From Candidatus Binatia bacterium (GTDB lineage Bacteria; Desulfobacterota; Binatia; UBA9968; JAJDTQ01), in contig OY762897.2 in assembly GCA_963666515.2 (NCBI GenBank), positions 928,001 to 992,000 of the forward strand: a stretch of DNA of 64,000 nucleotides, in the 5' to 3' direction. Of the stretch, positions 36,567 to 46,258 are shown piece after piece. Numbering within the stretch: position 1 is the stretch's first letter; the number at the start of each line of letters is the position of its first letter. The translations under genes were made by a program, and so were the position numbers. The notes beneath the pieces are model-generated. The model was not told where the DNA came from. It searched no databases and was given only the letters and a program-made list of their open reading frames with translations.

Positions 36567-37619
36567 TCAGCGCTCGGGCACGTCGTACTTCTTGCGCAGC
36601 TTCGACGCGTAGTCGAGGACTTCCTTGGGGACGTCGACGATCTGCGGGAGGCGCTTGTTGAGCGACTCGCCGGTAACGGAGATCAGGTCGAGGCTGAACT
36701 GCTTGCGCGCTAGCTTGAGGAACTCGGGGTCGTGGACGGCCTTCTGGAAGGCGTCGCGGTAGACCTTGACGTACTCCGCCGGGGTCTTCGGGGGCAGCGC
36801 CTGCCACTTGTCGATGGTCGACGGGCCCATCCACGACTCGTACGCCGCCGTGGCCAGTTTGCCGATCTTCTTTTCCGCCATGAGCTCGGGGAAGATGGGC
36901 ACGTCCTTGAACGACGAGCGCGGCGTGTACCCGTCCGGGCTCCGGATGCCTTCCTGGGCGATCAGATCGATGACGCCCTCGCCCTTCAGCTCGTTGATGA
37001 TGTAGGCGTTCTGCGTCGCCAGGACGTCGATCTCTCCCTGGCTGATGGCCTTGACCAGCGCGCCGGTGCCGGGGTAGCCCACGATCCACTTGAGGTTCCA
37101 CCCGAGGAACTCCGCGCCCCACACGTTCATGGCCTGCCACGCGCGCGCGCCGCTGATGCCGCCGACGTTGACCTTGGCGGCCTTCTTGTCGGTGAGCCGC
37201 TTGTGCGCGTCCTTGCGGATGAACAGCACGCTGCCGCCGCGGTGGATGCCGCCGATGGCGATGAACTTGCGCGGGTCGTACTTGATCACCTTCCGCCGCA
37301 GCACGTGAGGCTGGATCGGACTCGAGTCCGTCTGCATGAAGGTCATGCCGTCCGGCTTGATGCGGTTGGCCAAGTAGTTGGCCGCCTTGATCTTGCCGCC
37401 GCCCGCGCCCATGTACTGGTACACGAAACGCGGATTGCCGGGCAGGTACTTCTGCATGAAACGGTTGATGAGGCGCCCGGACAAGTCGGTGCCGCCGCCG
37501 GCGTTGGAGGCGACGATCACCTTGACGGTCTTGCCCTCGAAGGACACATCGGCCTGGGCCGGCGCCGCCAGAGCCCACAAAGCGCAGAACAGAATTGCAC
37601 CCGAAAGAATGCGTGCCAT
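36567..37619 (-). CDS. tctC: TTT substrate-binding protein (Bug/TctC)
   Basis: Signal peptide, GKTVKVIV..AGGGTDL..R, PGNP, YMGAGGG, PPKTP, DPEFL. Confidence 0.88.
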   Translation of the reverse strand: MARILSGAILFCALWALAAPAQADVSFEGKTVKVIVASNAGGGTDLSGRLINRFMQKYLPGNPRFVYQYMGAGGGKIKAANYLANRIKPDGMTFMQTDSSPIQPHVLRRKVIKYDPRKFIAIGGIHRGGSVLFIRKDAHKRLTDKKAAKVNVGGISGARAWQAMNVWGAEFLGWNLKWIVGYPGTGALVKAISQGEIDVLATQNAYIINELKGEGVIDLIAQEGIRSPDGYTPRSSFKDVPIFPELMAEKKIGKLATAAYESWMGPSTIDKWQALPPKTPAEYVKVYRDAFQKAVHDPEFLKLARKQFSLDLISVTGESLNKRLPQIVDVPKEVLDYASKLRKKYDVPER

Positions 37620-37714
37620 GTCACCCCTCCCGTCAAACCCGGCGTAGCCGGAACACAAACGATGACGCCCGCCAATGGTGTTGCGAGCCGTTGGTATCCG
37701 TGGAGAGCCCGGCC

Positions 37715-38518
37715 TCAGTGCTCGCTGATGTCGATCATCACCCCGTCAGGGTCCGCAAGTTGGTACTCCCCGAACTTGCACTTGGCGAACAGATCGAGGC
37801 GCGCCTCCGCCTCCGGGCCCGCGCCCACCGGACCGGGGCTCAGGTAGGGGTTGCGCTTGGACAGCTCCTCCAGCCGGTCCTTGACCGCCTGCACGCTTTC
37901 CACCTTGAAGCCGAAGTGGTCCAGCGCCGGCCGCTCGATGCCCGTTCCCGCGTAGTCGGAGATCTTCCAGGGGGAAATGACCAGGGTGACCCGGCCGTCG
38001 GTCAGGTAGCAGTTGGGATCGTTCGCGGGCTTTTCGGTCTCCAGCAGGTCGAAGACGTCCCGGTAGAACTGCGCCACCCGTTCCGGCTCCACCGCGCGCA
38101 GCACGAAGTGATTGACGTGGCGGTCCGCCTGGCGGTCGCCGTCCACGTACACGTCGGTACGGTTCTCCATCCCTTCCTGGGAGAGGTCGAACACGTTCCC
38201 CGCGGGGTCGTGGGTGCTCAGGCCGGCGAACGGGCGGTTGCTCGGCCGCTTGAGGATGTGCACCTCCGGGTACTTCTCCGCCATGCGCGCGGACACGGCC
38301 TCGACGTCGTCCACCTCGAAGCCGAAGTGGTCGAAACCTGCCTGGCGCCCGGGCCTGCGCGGGTTGATGTTGATTCCCACGTAACCGTCGCTCACCACCG
38401 ACGCGCTCTCGATGCGCGCCCGCTCCGCGGTCTTCATGCCGAACACGGCCTGGTAGAACTTCTCCTCGATGGCGTAGTTCGAGCTGACGATGGCCAAGTG
38501 CTTGATCTTCGTGGTCAT
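37715..38518 (-). CDS. Two-domain VOC-family protein
   Basis: IKHLAI, DHFGFEV, DPAGNVFD; repeated as NHFVL, DHFGFKV, DPDGVMID. Confidence 0.85.
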   Translation of the reverse strand: MTTKIKHLAIVSSNYAIEEKFYQAVFGMKTAERARIESASVVSDGYVGININPRRPGRQAGFDHFGFEVDDVEAVSARMAEKYPEVHILKRPSNRPFAGLSTHDPAGNVFDLSQEGMENRTDVYVDGDRQADRHVNHFVLRAVEPERVAQFYRDVFDLLETEKPANDPNCYLTDGRVTLVISPWKISDYAGTGIERPALDHFGFKVESVQAVKDRLEELSKRNPYLSPGPVGAGPEAEARLDLFAKCKFGEYQLADPDGVMIDISEH

Positions 38519-38656
38519 GGCGGTTCTCCCTTGTATGCGGTTATTCCCTTTGCCGTCCTGTGATCGGGTTGCGTAGCCGAGAATGCACCAAGTCTCCTGC
38601 TTTCCGCAACCCTGCCTCGGGCGCGATGTTACGCCCGTCCGCGCGCCCCGACCGAA

Positions 38657-39592
38657 TCAGCCCGTTCGTAGGACCAGCTTGCCTCTGGCGTGGCCGGTCC
38701 TGCTCGCCTCGTGCGCCTTTCGCACTTCGTCCAGCGGAAACGTCGCGTCGACGTGGACCCGGAGCCGGTCCGCCGCGGCCAGGTCGGCTATGGCGCGAAG
38801 CTGCGCCGCATCGGCGTGGACCGACACGTGCTGCGCCTGCACTCCGCGGACTCTGGCTTGTTCTTCGCTTGGTCTCCCGCGAATCGAGGCCAGCACGCCG
38901 CCGTGCTTGAGAACGTTCCAGGAGCGGTCCTGGACTTCGCCGCCGACGCCGTCCAGCACCACGTCCACGTCGGATACCGCCTCCTCGAAGCGGGTGCCGT
39001 TGTAGTCTACGACCCTGTCCACGCCCAGTTCGCGAAGAAACGCCTCATTGCGCGCCGAAGCCGTGCCGGTCACGTGCGCGCCCTTCCACTTCGCCAACTG
39101 GGCCGCGATGTGGCCGACGCCGCCCGCGGCCGCGTGGATCAGCACGGTCTGGCCGGCCTCAAGCCCGGCCGTGTCGAACAGCGCCTGCCACGCGGTCAGG
39201 GCCGCCAGTGGCAGCCCGGCCGCCTGCGCGTGGTCCATCGTGTTCGGTTTCGCCACGAGGTCCGCGGCCGGCGCGGCGACGTATTCGGCATAGCCGCCGC
39301 CTCCCCAAGGCCAGCGCACCATGCCGCACACCGCGTCGCCCACGTGTAATTCGGAAACTCCCGCACCCAGCGCCTCCACCACGCCGGAAACATCCCACCC
39401 CGGTATGAAAGGGAAGGGGTCGTCCAACCGGGACGCCACCCCCTCGCCCGCGCAGGTCTTCCAGTCCACCGGGTTGATGCCGGCTGCGTGGATGCGCACC
39501 AGCACCTCGCCGTCCTTCGGCTCGGGCCGCGGCGCCTCCTCGACCCGCAGGCTGTCGATGCCGCCGAACTCGTGTATCCGTACGGCTTTCAT
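38657..39592 (-). CDS. NADPH:quinone oxidoreductase-like MDR
   Basis: MKAVRIHEFGG, INPVDWK, PGWDVSG, HAAAGGVG, GHARGKLVL. Confidence 0.9.
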   Translation of the reverse strand: MKAVRIHEFGGIDSLRVEEAPRPEPKDGEVLVRIHAAGINPVDWKTCAGEGVASRLDDPFPFIPGWDVSGVVEALGAGVSELHVGDAVCGMVRWPWGGGGYAEYVAAPAADLVAKPNTMDHAQAAGLPLAALTAWQALFDTAGLEAGQTVLIHAAAGGVGHIAAQLAKWKGAHVTGTASARNEAFLRELGVDRVVDYNGTRFEEAVSDVDVVLDGVGGEVQDRSWNVLKHGGVLASIRGRPSEEQARVRGVQAQHVSVHADAAQLRAIADLAAADRLRVHVDATFPLDEVRKAHEASRTGHARGKLVLRTG

Positions 39593-39641
39593 GAGACCTC
39601 ACTAACGACTGGGACTCTCGTGACCTGAAATCCGTGCTTTC

Positions 39642-39917
39642 TCATCCTGCCACGAGATTGATCTCCACCTTCATGCCGACAGCCTTGGCATAGCGTTCCA
39701 GTGTTCTCAGTGACGGCTTTTGACCGCTTTCCAGGCGAGCTACTGTGGGTTGGCTCGTCCCCATTCGGGCTGCGACCTCGCTCTGGCTCAATCCGGCCTT
39801 AGATCGTGCCATTATAAGCTTGCGTGCCAGTTCGAACTCGGGTCTGAGGGCTTCGAATTCCCTGTGGAACGCAGAGTCATTTTCCCACTCACTCCGAAGA
39901 TCATTATATTTTACCAC
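39642..39917 (-). CDS. XRE-HTH antitoxin-like protein (orphan)
   Basis: FHREFEALRPEFELARKLIMARSKAGLSQSEVAARMGTSQPTVARLESG; AT-rich context; start uncertain. Confidence 0.75.
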   Translation of the reverse strand: MVKYNDLRSEWENDSAFHREFEALRPEFELARKLIMARSKAGLSQSEVAARMGTSQPTVARLESGQKPSLRTLERYAKAVGMKVEINLVAG

Positions 39918-40026
39918 TGTATTAATCTCATTATCCTTAATGTACGGTCTAAAACCGAATTGTGAAGCACCGGACACGATAACGACAGGACTGTCCTCCA
40001 CAGCGGATTTCGAGCGAATGCGGGGG

Positions 40027-40479
40027 TCACGAGCCGTTTTCCGCGTCCCAATCGAACATGCGCCGCCGCCGGCGCGCGTTGAAGTTGATCACCTCCAGCA
40101 GCAGGCCGTCGGGGTCGGAGAAGAAGGTCGCGTAGTAGTCGGCAGAGTACTGCGTATAGGCTTGCGGCTCGGTGGCCTCGACACCGGCCGCCCGAAGCTC
40201 GCGGCAGGCCCGGTCCACGGCCTCTTCGTCGGCTACGCGGAAACACAAGTGCGACGGCGCCCCGTGGCCCATGCCCGGCTCCGCCGCGGTTCCCTCGCGC
40301 AGCACGACCCAGTAGGTGAGGTGCCGGTTGTCGTAGCGCGCCCGCGGTGACACCTTGTCTGAAGTCCTGCCCTTGCGGAAGCCCAGTATCGGCATCACCC
40401 TGTCGTAAAAGGCTTCGGCCGCGGCGAGATCCCGGACGGGGATGAACACGTGGTCGATGCAGATGACTTCAACCGGCAT
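40027..40479 (-). CDS. VOC/glyoxalase-family protein
   Basis: IDHVFIPVRDL..AEAFYD, HLCFRV, YYATFFSDPDGLLLEV. Confidence 0.88.
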   Translation of the reverse strand: MPVEVICIDHVFIPVRDLAAAEAFYDRVMPILGFRKGRTSDKVSPRARYDNRHLTYWVVLREGTAAEPGMGHGAPSHLCFRVADEEAVDRACRELRAAGVEATEPQAYTQYSADYYATFFSDPDGLLLEVINFNARRRRRMFDWDAENGS

Positions 40480-40584
40480 GGCGATTCTCCGTCAGGTTCA
40501 GGGCCGAGAGCCCTTGTCGTCTGATGGCGCCCGGCCCGGACGGGTTTGAACCCCGCCGCTACACCCGGCCGTCCAGCGGCGTGG

Positions 40585-41910
40585 TCAGTGCGCCCGGCAG
40601 GTCCGCTCGGCGCCGCCCCACAGGTCGGTGGCGCCCAGGAGGGCGTCGGCGGCGTCGAGGCTCATGGGGTCGAAGGCCGACACCACCGGGGCGCCGGGGT
40701 AGTTGAGGACCTGCAACCGTTCGTAGGCGCCCACCACCCGTTCCGCGGCGGGCAGCTCCAGGGTGCGGTCCCGGGTCCCGGTGCTCACCACCGCATCGGC
40801 CGTGTCGTCGTAGAACAGGAGCGGCGAGTCCGTGCCGTCCCTGCCGCCGTACTCGTAGGTGACCAGCACCGTCTTGATCCCTTTCTGCTCACACGCGCGC
40901 ACGGTCAGCATCACCTCCAGGAAGGCGTTGCCGGAGCCGAGCCAGGTGATGAGCGCGGCTTCCGCTCCCAGCGCCCGTGCCACCTGGGCCGCGTTCTGTG
41001 CCGCCACCTCCTTTTCCCGGAAGCTCTCGAAGCGGATGCGCTGCAGGACGACGCCGGCGAAATCCAGCCGGCGGCCGTGCTCCCGGGACAGGCGCAGGGC
41101 CAGCGGATGGTTCTGCCAGTCCCAGGTGGTGGGGTAGTAGGCGATGGTCTTGAGGGTGTTGCCCGTCACCGCGCCGTCCAGCAGCTCGTTGGGGTGTACC
41201 ACCGTGGCCAGGGACTCGCGCACCGGCAGGCCGTAGTACCCCAGTCCGGTGGGCAGATGCTCCGACTCGGTGATGCAGCCCACGATCACCACGGTCTTGG
41301 GCAGACCGGGATTCCCGTGCGCCGCGCCGTGCGTTTCGACCGCCGCGGGCTCGGCGCCCAGGGTGGCCTCGGCGAGCCGTTGGGCAACCCGGTACTCCGC
41401 GGCCTGTATGGCCTGGTGGGCTTCGGCCTCGATCAGGTCCGGGGGCAGCCCGAAGGTCAGCACGAGGTGGGGGAGCCGGCTGAAACCCGTCAACTCGGCC
41501 CCCGGACCCCACATGTCCAGGATCGCGCTCCGCTGGGCGGTGGTGCCGGTGCGGACGGTGCCCTCGTACTCGGCCGCGGTCAGGAGCGTCATGCCGGAGA
41601 GCCGGTGGGTGCGGCCCGCGCCCACGGGAGCCACCGGGTTGGTGATGCCGGGGAACACCTGGCCGCCGCCGTCCGCCTTGACCCTGGGCTCCACCGAGTC
41701 GCGGATGCCGGTCACCCGTACCGGCTGGCCCGGCCGCACGATGTCGAGCCGGGCGGAGAGGATCCTGGGGTCCCGCGACGCGGTCTCCACCACCTCCGCC
41801 TCGTCCACCTCCAGGGCGCCGCCGGCGTACCGTAGCGTCCCGCCGAACCGGAGGTCCTCAACCGGGAACTCCGCGAGTTCCAGCGGCGTGGCGTGCCGGC
41901 CGCCGCTCAT
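40585..41910 (-). CDS. grdE: Glycine/sarcosine/betaine reductase component B proprotein (GrdE-like)
   Basis: RVTGIRDSVEPRVK, VGAGRTHRLSG, ILDMWGPGA, VHPNELLDGA, QNHP, GSGN, ADAVVSTG. Confidence 0.85.
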   Translation of the reverse strand: MSGGRHATPLELAEFPVEDLRFGGTLRYAGGALEVDEAEVVETASRDPRILSARLDIVRPGQPVRVTGIRDSVEPRVKADGGGQVFPGITNPVAPVGAGRTHRLSGMTLLTAAEYEGTVRTGTTAQRSAILDMWGPGAELTGFSRLPHLVLTFGLPPDLIEAEAHQAIQAAEYRVAQRLAEATLGAEPAAVETHGAAHGNPGLPKTVVIVGCITESEHLPTGLGYYGLPVRESLATVVHPNELLDGAVTGNTLKTIAYYPTTWDWQNHPLALRLSREHGRRLDFAGVVLQRIRFESFREKEVAAQNAAQVARALGAEAALITWLGSGNAFLEVMLTVRACEQKGIKTVLVTYEYGGRDGTDSPLLFYDDTADAVVSTGTRDRTLELPAAERVVGAYERLQVLNYPGAPVVSAFDPMSLDAADALLGATDLWGGAERTCRAH

Positions 41911-43235
41911 GAGGCCGCGTCCGGCGTGAACACGGTGCTCTCCTCGACCTCTTCCTCGAGGGCCTGGAGGGCGGTCTCGACGATGGACTTGCGCAGCTTC
42001 TCGTCGACCTCCGGCGGCAGGCTCGGGTCGCCGCAGGGATGGGGGATCTTGACGCCCTTGACGATGCGGCTGGCGCCCACCTGCTCGGCGAGCGGGAACA
42101 TGGCGCTGATCATCGACACGGGAACTCCGGCACGGTCCAGTTCTTTGCTGATCACAGCTCCGCTGCGACTGCAGGTCCCTCACGTGCTGACCAACAGCGC
42201 GGCGTCCACGCTGTTGGCCTTCAACTCTGCGGCGATCTCCTGGCCCACCCGCTGCATGGCCGCAGGCGAGCCCTGGTTGCCGGGGATGACGTAGTAGGCG
42301 GGGTAGAGGTCGTCGTACTTCCCCTCCTGCTGCAGCTCCCGCAAGGCGTCGAGGGGGACGCCGTAGAGCGGATTGGCGTTCATGTTGGCCACGTTGTAAC
42401 CGCCGTGCACCGCCTCCCACATGCCCGGCTCCATGGTCTTCAACTCGGCCACCGGATACTTGCGCCAGAAGGTGTTGCGGAAGGTCTTGAAGCCGTCGGG
42501 ATTGCCCCACGGCACCACGCCGCTGGTGGTGACCAGCGCGATCTTGGCCTTGCCCACCTGCGCGACCGCGGCCGCGGGCGCCACCCGGTCCCAGGTCTGC
42601 ATCGGCACCTCGGTGGCGAAGGGCCTGCCCTCCAGCTTGTCGAACAGCATGTCGAGGGCGCGGTCGGCGCCGGTCCGGTCGCTTGTTTCCTGGATACGGA
42701 TGCCCCGCGGCAGATAGCCTTCGTCCTCGGCCGCAGCAACGGGCTCGTCGCGCAGCCGCTTGATGACGAACCGGGCCAAGTCCTCCAGGGCCTTGCCCAT
42801 GCCCGCGGCCGTTTCGGTCGTGGAGAAGAGGAACAGCCTGGGGTCATGGTATTCCCGGTACGTGTCCACCGCGGGATTGTCCTCGTGCATGGCGGTGACG
42901 CACACGCGGTCCAGCTCGGTCGCTGCCATGTGGCCGATCTCGACGCAGGCCAACCCGTAGCGCCCGGCATTGAAGGCTGGCCCCAGCACCACGATGTCCA
43001 CCGCGGCCGCGGTGACCTCCCGCAAGAGAGCCGCCCGCGCCTCCGCCGGCTTTTCGTGAAAGTGGTTGTCGCCGAAGTAGATGGTAGGAGCCACTTCCGC
43101 TTCGCCCTGGAGCAGCCGTTGCAGGCCGCGCGACGGGCCCGCGAGGGTGTCGAGGGTTCCGGCTGCCACATCGGCCTTTTCCTCCCCGCCGATTCCGGCG
43201 AAGAACTGGTTGACGACATGTGCCACGCGCTTCAT
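41907..43235 (-). CDS. grdB: Glycine/betaine/sarcosine reductase-family selenoprotein B (Sec at TGA 42180-42182)
   Basis: NQFFAGIGGEEKA, GPAFNAGRYG, ALVTTSGVVP.GNPD, HGGY, then LVST-TGA-GTCSRSGAVISKELDRAGVP...IPHPCGDP in one frame (442 aa), matching the GrdB STUGTC motif. Confidence 0.92.
42148..42174 (-). promoter_or_regulatory. Bacterial SECIS-like hairpin
   Basis: Begins 6 nt after the UGA: CUG-(CA bulge)-GUCGCAGC-GGA-GCUGUGAU-CAG, G-led apical loop. Confidence 0.75.
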
Positions 43236-43399
43236 GGTCCGCCTCCTTCCCCTGGGCCGATTGAACATTACCGACCACGGTAGCGAAGAGCCGAACTCCA
43301 CGCAAGGGAAGGGGAGAACCCTTGACGCGCCTTGACGACCTGACCTATAGGGAGGTCGCACCCGGCGCGGCCTGGAAACACCACGGGAGGTGGCCCATC

Positions 43400-44629
43400 A
43401 TGGAGATGACGACGCGGCAGGAGAACGCGACTCTCACCCAGACAGGGCGCGGCACGCCCATGGGGGAGTTGCTCCGCCGTTACTGGTGGCCGGTGGGGAT
43501 ATCGGCGCATCTGAAGGACAAACCTACGTTCATCCGCGTCATGGGCGAGGACTTGGTGCTGTTCCGGGACGGCAAGGGTAGGGCGGGGGTGTTGGGGGCG
43601 TACTGCGCGCACCGGCGCGCGAACCTGTGCCTCGGCGACGTGGAGACGGGCGGCCTGCGCTGCCGCTACCACGGCTGGTTATACGACGTCGAAGGACGCG
43701 TTCTTCAAACTCCCGGCGAGCCGCCGGAAAGCACGCTCAAGGACGGCATCCGCCAGCTCGCGTACCCGGTGGAGGAGTTGGGAGGGCTCGTGTTCGCCTA
43801 TCTCGGACCGGAGCCGGCGCCGCTCCTGCCCCGGTACGATTTCCTCGTGGGTGACGGCGAGACCTACGTGACCGTGCAGGGCCTCCAGGACTGCAACTGG
43901 CTCCAGTGCGTGGAGAACGGGCTGGACCCGGTTCATCCGAGCTTCACCCACGGCGGCGCGTGGCCGGACATCCGCAGCACCGAGCCCGACCTGGGGTTCG
44001 AGGAGACCCAGTGGGGGCTCGTTTACAAGGCGTACCGCAAGTCGGACACGCCCGGAGAGTTCAACTACCGCGAGCACCACCTGCTCATGCCCGGCATAAG
44101 CTGCGGCGGCAGCGGCGGACGCTATCTCAAGGGTCCGTCCGGCGGCACCCCGGTTTCAGCGGCGCGCTGGAGCGTGCCCATCGACGACACACACACGCTG
44201 CTCATGCGGGTGCGGTTCAAGCCCGCGGACAACCCCGGCAAGTACGAGGGCGATCCGTTCAGCAAGCGCTGGAAGCCTCCCAGGGACTTCATCGAGCCCT
44301 ACAAGGAGTACCGGGACTCGGACACCCCGGTGCTCGGCTACGACATCCCGCCGCTCCACTTCATCGAGGACGGCATGGTGGTGGACAGCCTGGGGCCGCG
44401 GGTGGACCGGGAGAAGGAGAACCTCGGCCCCACCATCGACGACGGCATCATCCGCCTGCGCAGCATGTACCTCCGGGAAATGGAGAACGTGCGCCTCGGA
44501 CGCGATCCCAAGAACGTCATGCGGGATCCCGAGAAGAACCGGACGGTGGTCATCACGGCCTATGAGAGATGGGTTTCCGAAGCCGAGCGTCAGGAGCTCG
44601 AAGAATCGACTTCATCCTGGAGGGGGTAG
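43400..44629 (+). CDS. Rieske non-heme iron oxygenase alpha subunit (phthalate dioxygenase-like group)
   Basis: GTPMGELLRRYW, CAHR...CRYHGW Rieske site, CNWLQCVENGLDPVHPSFTH iron site. Confidence 0.92.
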   Translation: MEMTTRQENATLTQTGRGTPMGELLRRYWWPVGISAHLKDKPTFIRVMGEDLVLFRDGKGRAGVLGAYCAHRRANLCLGDVETGGLRCRYHGWLYDVEGRVLQTPGEPPESTLKDGIRQLAYPVEELGGLVFAYLGPEPAPLLPRYDFLVGDGETYVTVQGLQDCNWLQCVENGLDPVHPSFTHGGAWPDIRSTEPDLGFEETQWGLVYKAYRKSDTPGEFNYREHHLLMPGISCGGSGGRYLKGPSGGTPVSAARWSVPIDDTHTLLMRVRFKPADNPGKYEGDPFSKRWKPPRDFIEPYKEYRDSDTPVLGYDIPPLHFIEDGMVVDSLGPRVDREKENLGPTIDDGIIRLRSMYLREMENVRLGRDPKNVMRDPEKNRTVVITAYERWVSEAERQELEESTSSWRG

Positions 44630-44634
44630 GGGAG

Positions 44635-44952
44635 ATGACCGTCCACCACGTCAACGAGAACGGCGCCGAGATGGTCAGGACCGCACGGGGACAGACCAAA
44701 TACCTCTATCGCAACGAGGGAGGCGCAGGGCCGTCGATCATGATCCGCCACTGGGGGCCGGACACCGACATCCCGGTACACAGCCACCCGTTCAACGAGA
44801 TGTTCTACGTGCTGGAGGGGGAGGTGGAGATCGGCGATATCCTGTACACCGCGGGGTCGTGCGTGTTCATCGAGGGCGGGACGCCTTACGGTCCCACGCG
44901 CGCGCCCAAGGGCGTGAAGGTGCTGCGGTACGCGGAGGCCTACCAACGGTAG
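44635..44952 (+). CDS. Cupin-domain protein
   Basis: PVHSHPFNEMFYVLEGE, GSCVFIEGGTPYGP. Confidence 0.85.
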   Translation: MTVHHVNENGAEMVRTARGQTKYLYRNEGGAGPSIMIRHWGPDTDIPVHSHPFNEMFYVLEGEVEIGDILYTAGSCVFIEGGTPYGPTRAPKGVKVLRYAEAYQR

Positions 44953-45040
44953 GCCGGCGCCGCAGGGCTCCGGCGCCATTCAGCGGGTTCACGGATTCGG
45001 GTCGAAGACGGTTTCATACGGCAGGAAAGGGGGAACGACG

Positions 45041-46132
45041 ATGAGGATACGCAAGCATTGGTTGTGTGCGTTCGCGATGGTCGGGCTCTTTCTCTTCGGG
45101 GCGCAGTCCGCGTACGGCGCCAACGCCTACGAGCAGCTCGTGGCCGCGTCCAAGGCCGAGATGGAAAAGACCGGCGGCAAGCTGAGGATGTCCCTGGACT
45201 GGCCCAAGCGGGACACCAAGAACGTGCTCCCGGCGTTCAGCAAGGCCTACCCGTTCATCAAGGAGATCTCCTACAAGCGCGAGGTCGGCATCGGGCCGTT
45301 CGGGCAGTTCCTCATCCAGTACAAGCAGGGCAAGAACCCGCCCTACGACATCATGCACATCGCCAGCGAGTTCCAGGCGCAGTACCTGAAGGAGGGCGCC
45401 TTCGTGAAGCCTCCGTTCAGCTACACGGAGTTGAACAAGCACATCCCTGCGGGTTGGCCGAAGCTCGATTCCAGGGCCATGGACCCCGCCGGGAACTTCC
45501 TTTCCACCACGGGCAACGTCAGGGGCAACGCCTACAATCCCACGCTGGTTCCCAAGGGCAAGGAGCCCACGGGCTGGGATGCCTGCCTCGATCCCATGTG
45601 GAAGGGGAAGTTCATGGTCGACACGCGGAACAAGCTCCAGGCGTTCCAGCATGATTCCAAGACGCGAGAGACGCACCTCAAGTGGCTCAAGGGGATCATC
45701 GCCAACGGCGCGGTGCTGACGCGCGGCCAGGGGACGATCCTGCGCAAGATCGCTTCCGGGGAGTTTCCGCTGGCGTGCGGCATCAACTACCACACGGCCA
45801 ACCGCATGATCGACAGCGGCGTGAAGAACCTCGTGTACACCCAGCCGGGCCCGGTTCCGCTCGAGATCGGCACGCGGGTGTACGTGGCCGAGTGGTCGAA
45901 GACGCCGGCCACCACCCAGCTCTGGGCGGTGTGGATCTCCACCGGCGGGCAGGACGTGCTTGAGAAGTACGCCTACCGCGGCTTCCCGTGGGATCCGTCG
46001 TCCAAGAAGTATCCCCTGGCCAAGGGGAAGGACGTCGCCATCTGCGGCGCCGATTGCGCGCGCAAGTGGGACAACTACAACCGCGAGTACCAGGAAATGC
46101 TGGGACTGCCCGCGGCCAAGAAAAAGAAGTGA
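45041..46132 (+). CDS. ABC transporter substrate-binding protein (Fe3+/polyamine-like clade)
   Basis: Signal peptide, AYNPTLV..PTGWDACLDPMWKGK, IASGEF. Confidence 0.8.
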   Translation: MRIRKHWLCAFAMVGLFLFGAQSAYGANAYEQLVAASKAEMEKTGGKLRMSLDWPKRDTKNVLPAFSKAYPFIKEISYKREVGIGPFGQFLIQYKQGKNPPYDIMHIASEFQAQYLKEGAFVKPPFSYTELNKHIPAGWPKLDSRAMDPAGNFLSTTGNVRGNAYNPTLVPKGKEPTGWDACLDPMWKGKFMVDTRNKLQAFQHDSKTRETHLKWLKGIIANGAVLTRGQGTILRKIASGEFPLACGINYHTANRMIDSGVKNLVYTQPGPVPLEIGTRVYVAEWSKTPATTQLWAVWISTGGQDVLEKYAYRGFPWDPSSKKYPLAKGKDVAICGADCARKWDNYNREYQEMLGLPAAKKKK

Positions 46133-46194
46133 CGCCTGCCTCTCTGCGTCCGTCAGTCGCGGACGCTGGGCAGTCGTCGTGACGGTGGATTCTC

Positions 46195-46220
46195 GTAGGG
46201 GCGACCCGCCGGTCGCCCCT
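46195..46220 (+). repeat. GTAG-type REP palindrome
   Basis: GTAGGGGCGACCCGCCGGTCGCCCCT; near-identical inverted copy at 55681-55704. Confidence 0.7.
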
Positions 46221-46258
46221 GCGGTCGCTGCATTCGGGCTGCCCGGACAGGCTCCCGG

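Noticed and set aside
40524-40575. Possible tRNA-Sec or tRNA fragment downstream of grdE (minus strand GGGTTCAAACCCG...GCGCCA)
   Set aside because: No cloverleaf or UCA anticodon arm can be built and the T-stem/acceptor spacing is wrong; more likely a GC-rich hairpin
42180-42182. grdB as a nonsense pseudogene
   Set aside because: TGA sits exactly at the family's Sec position and is followed by a SECIS-like hairpin
40585-42510. 641-aa ORF suggesting a long N-terminal extension of GrdE
   Set aside because: The extension overlaps grdB in another frame; ATG at 41910 overlaps the grdB stop (ATGA coupling)
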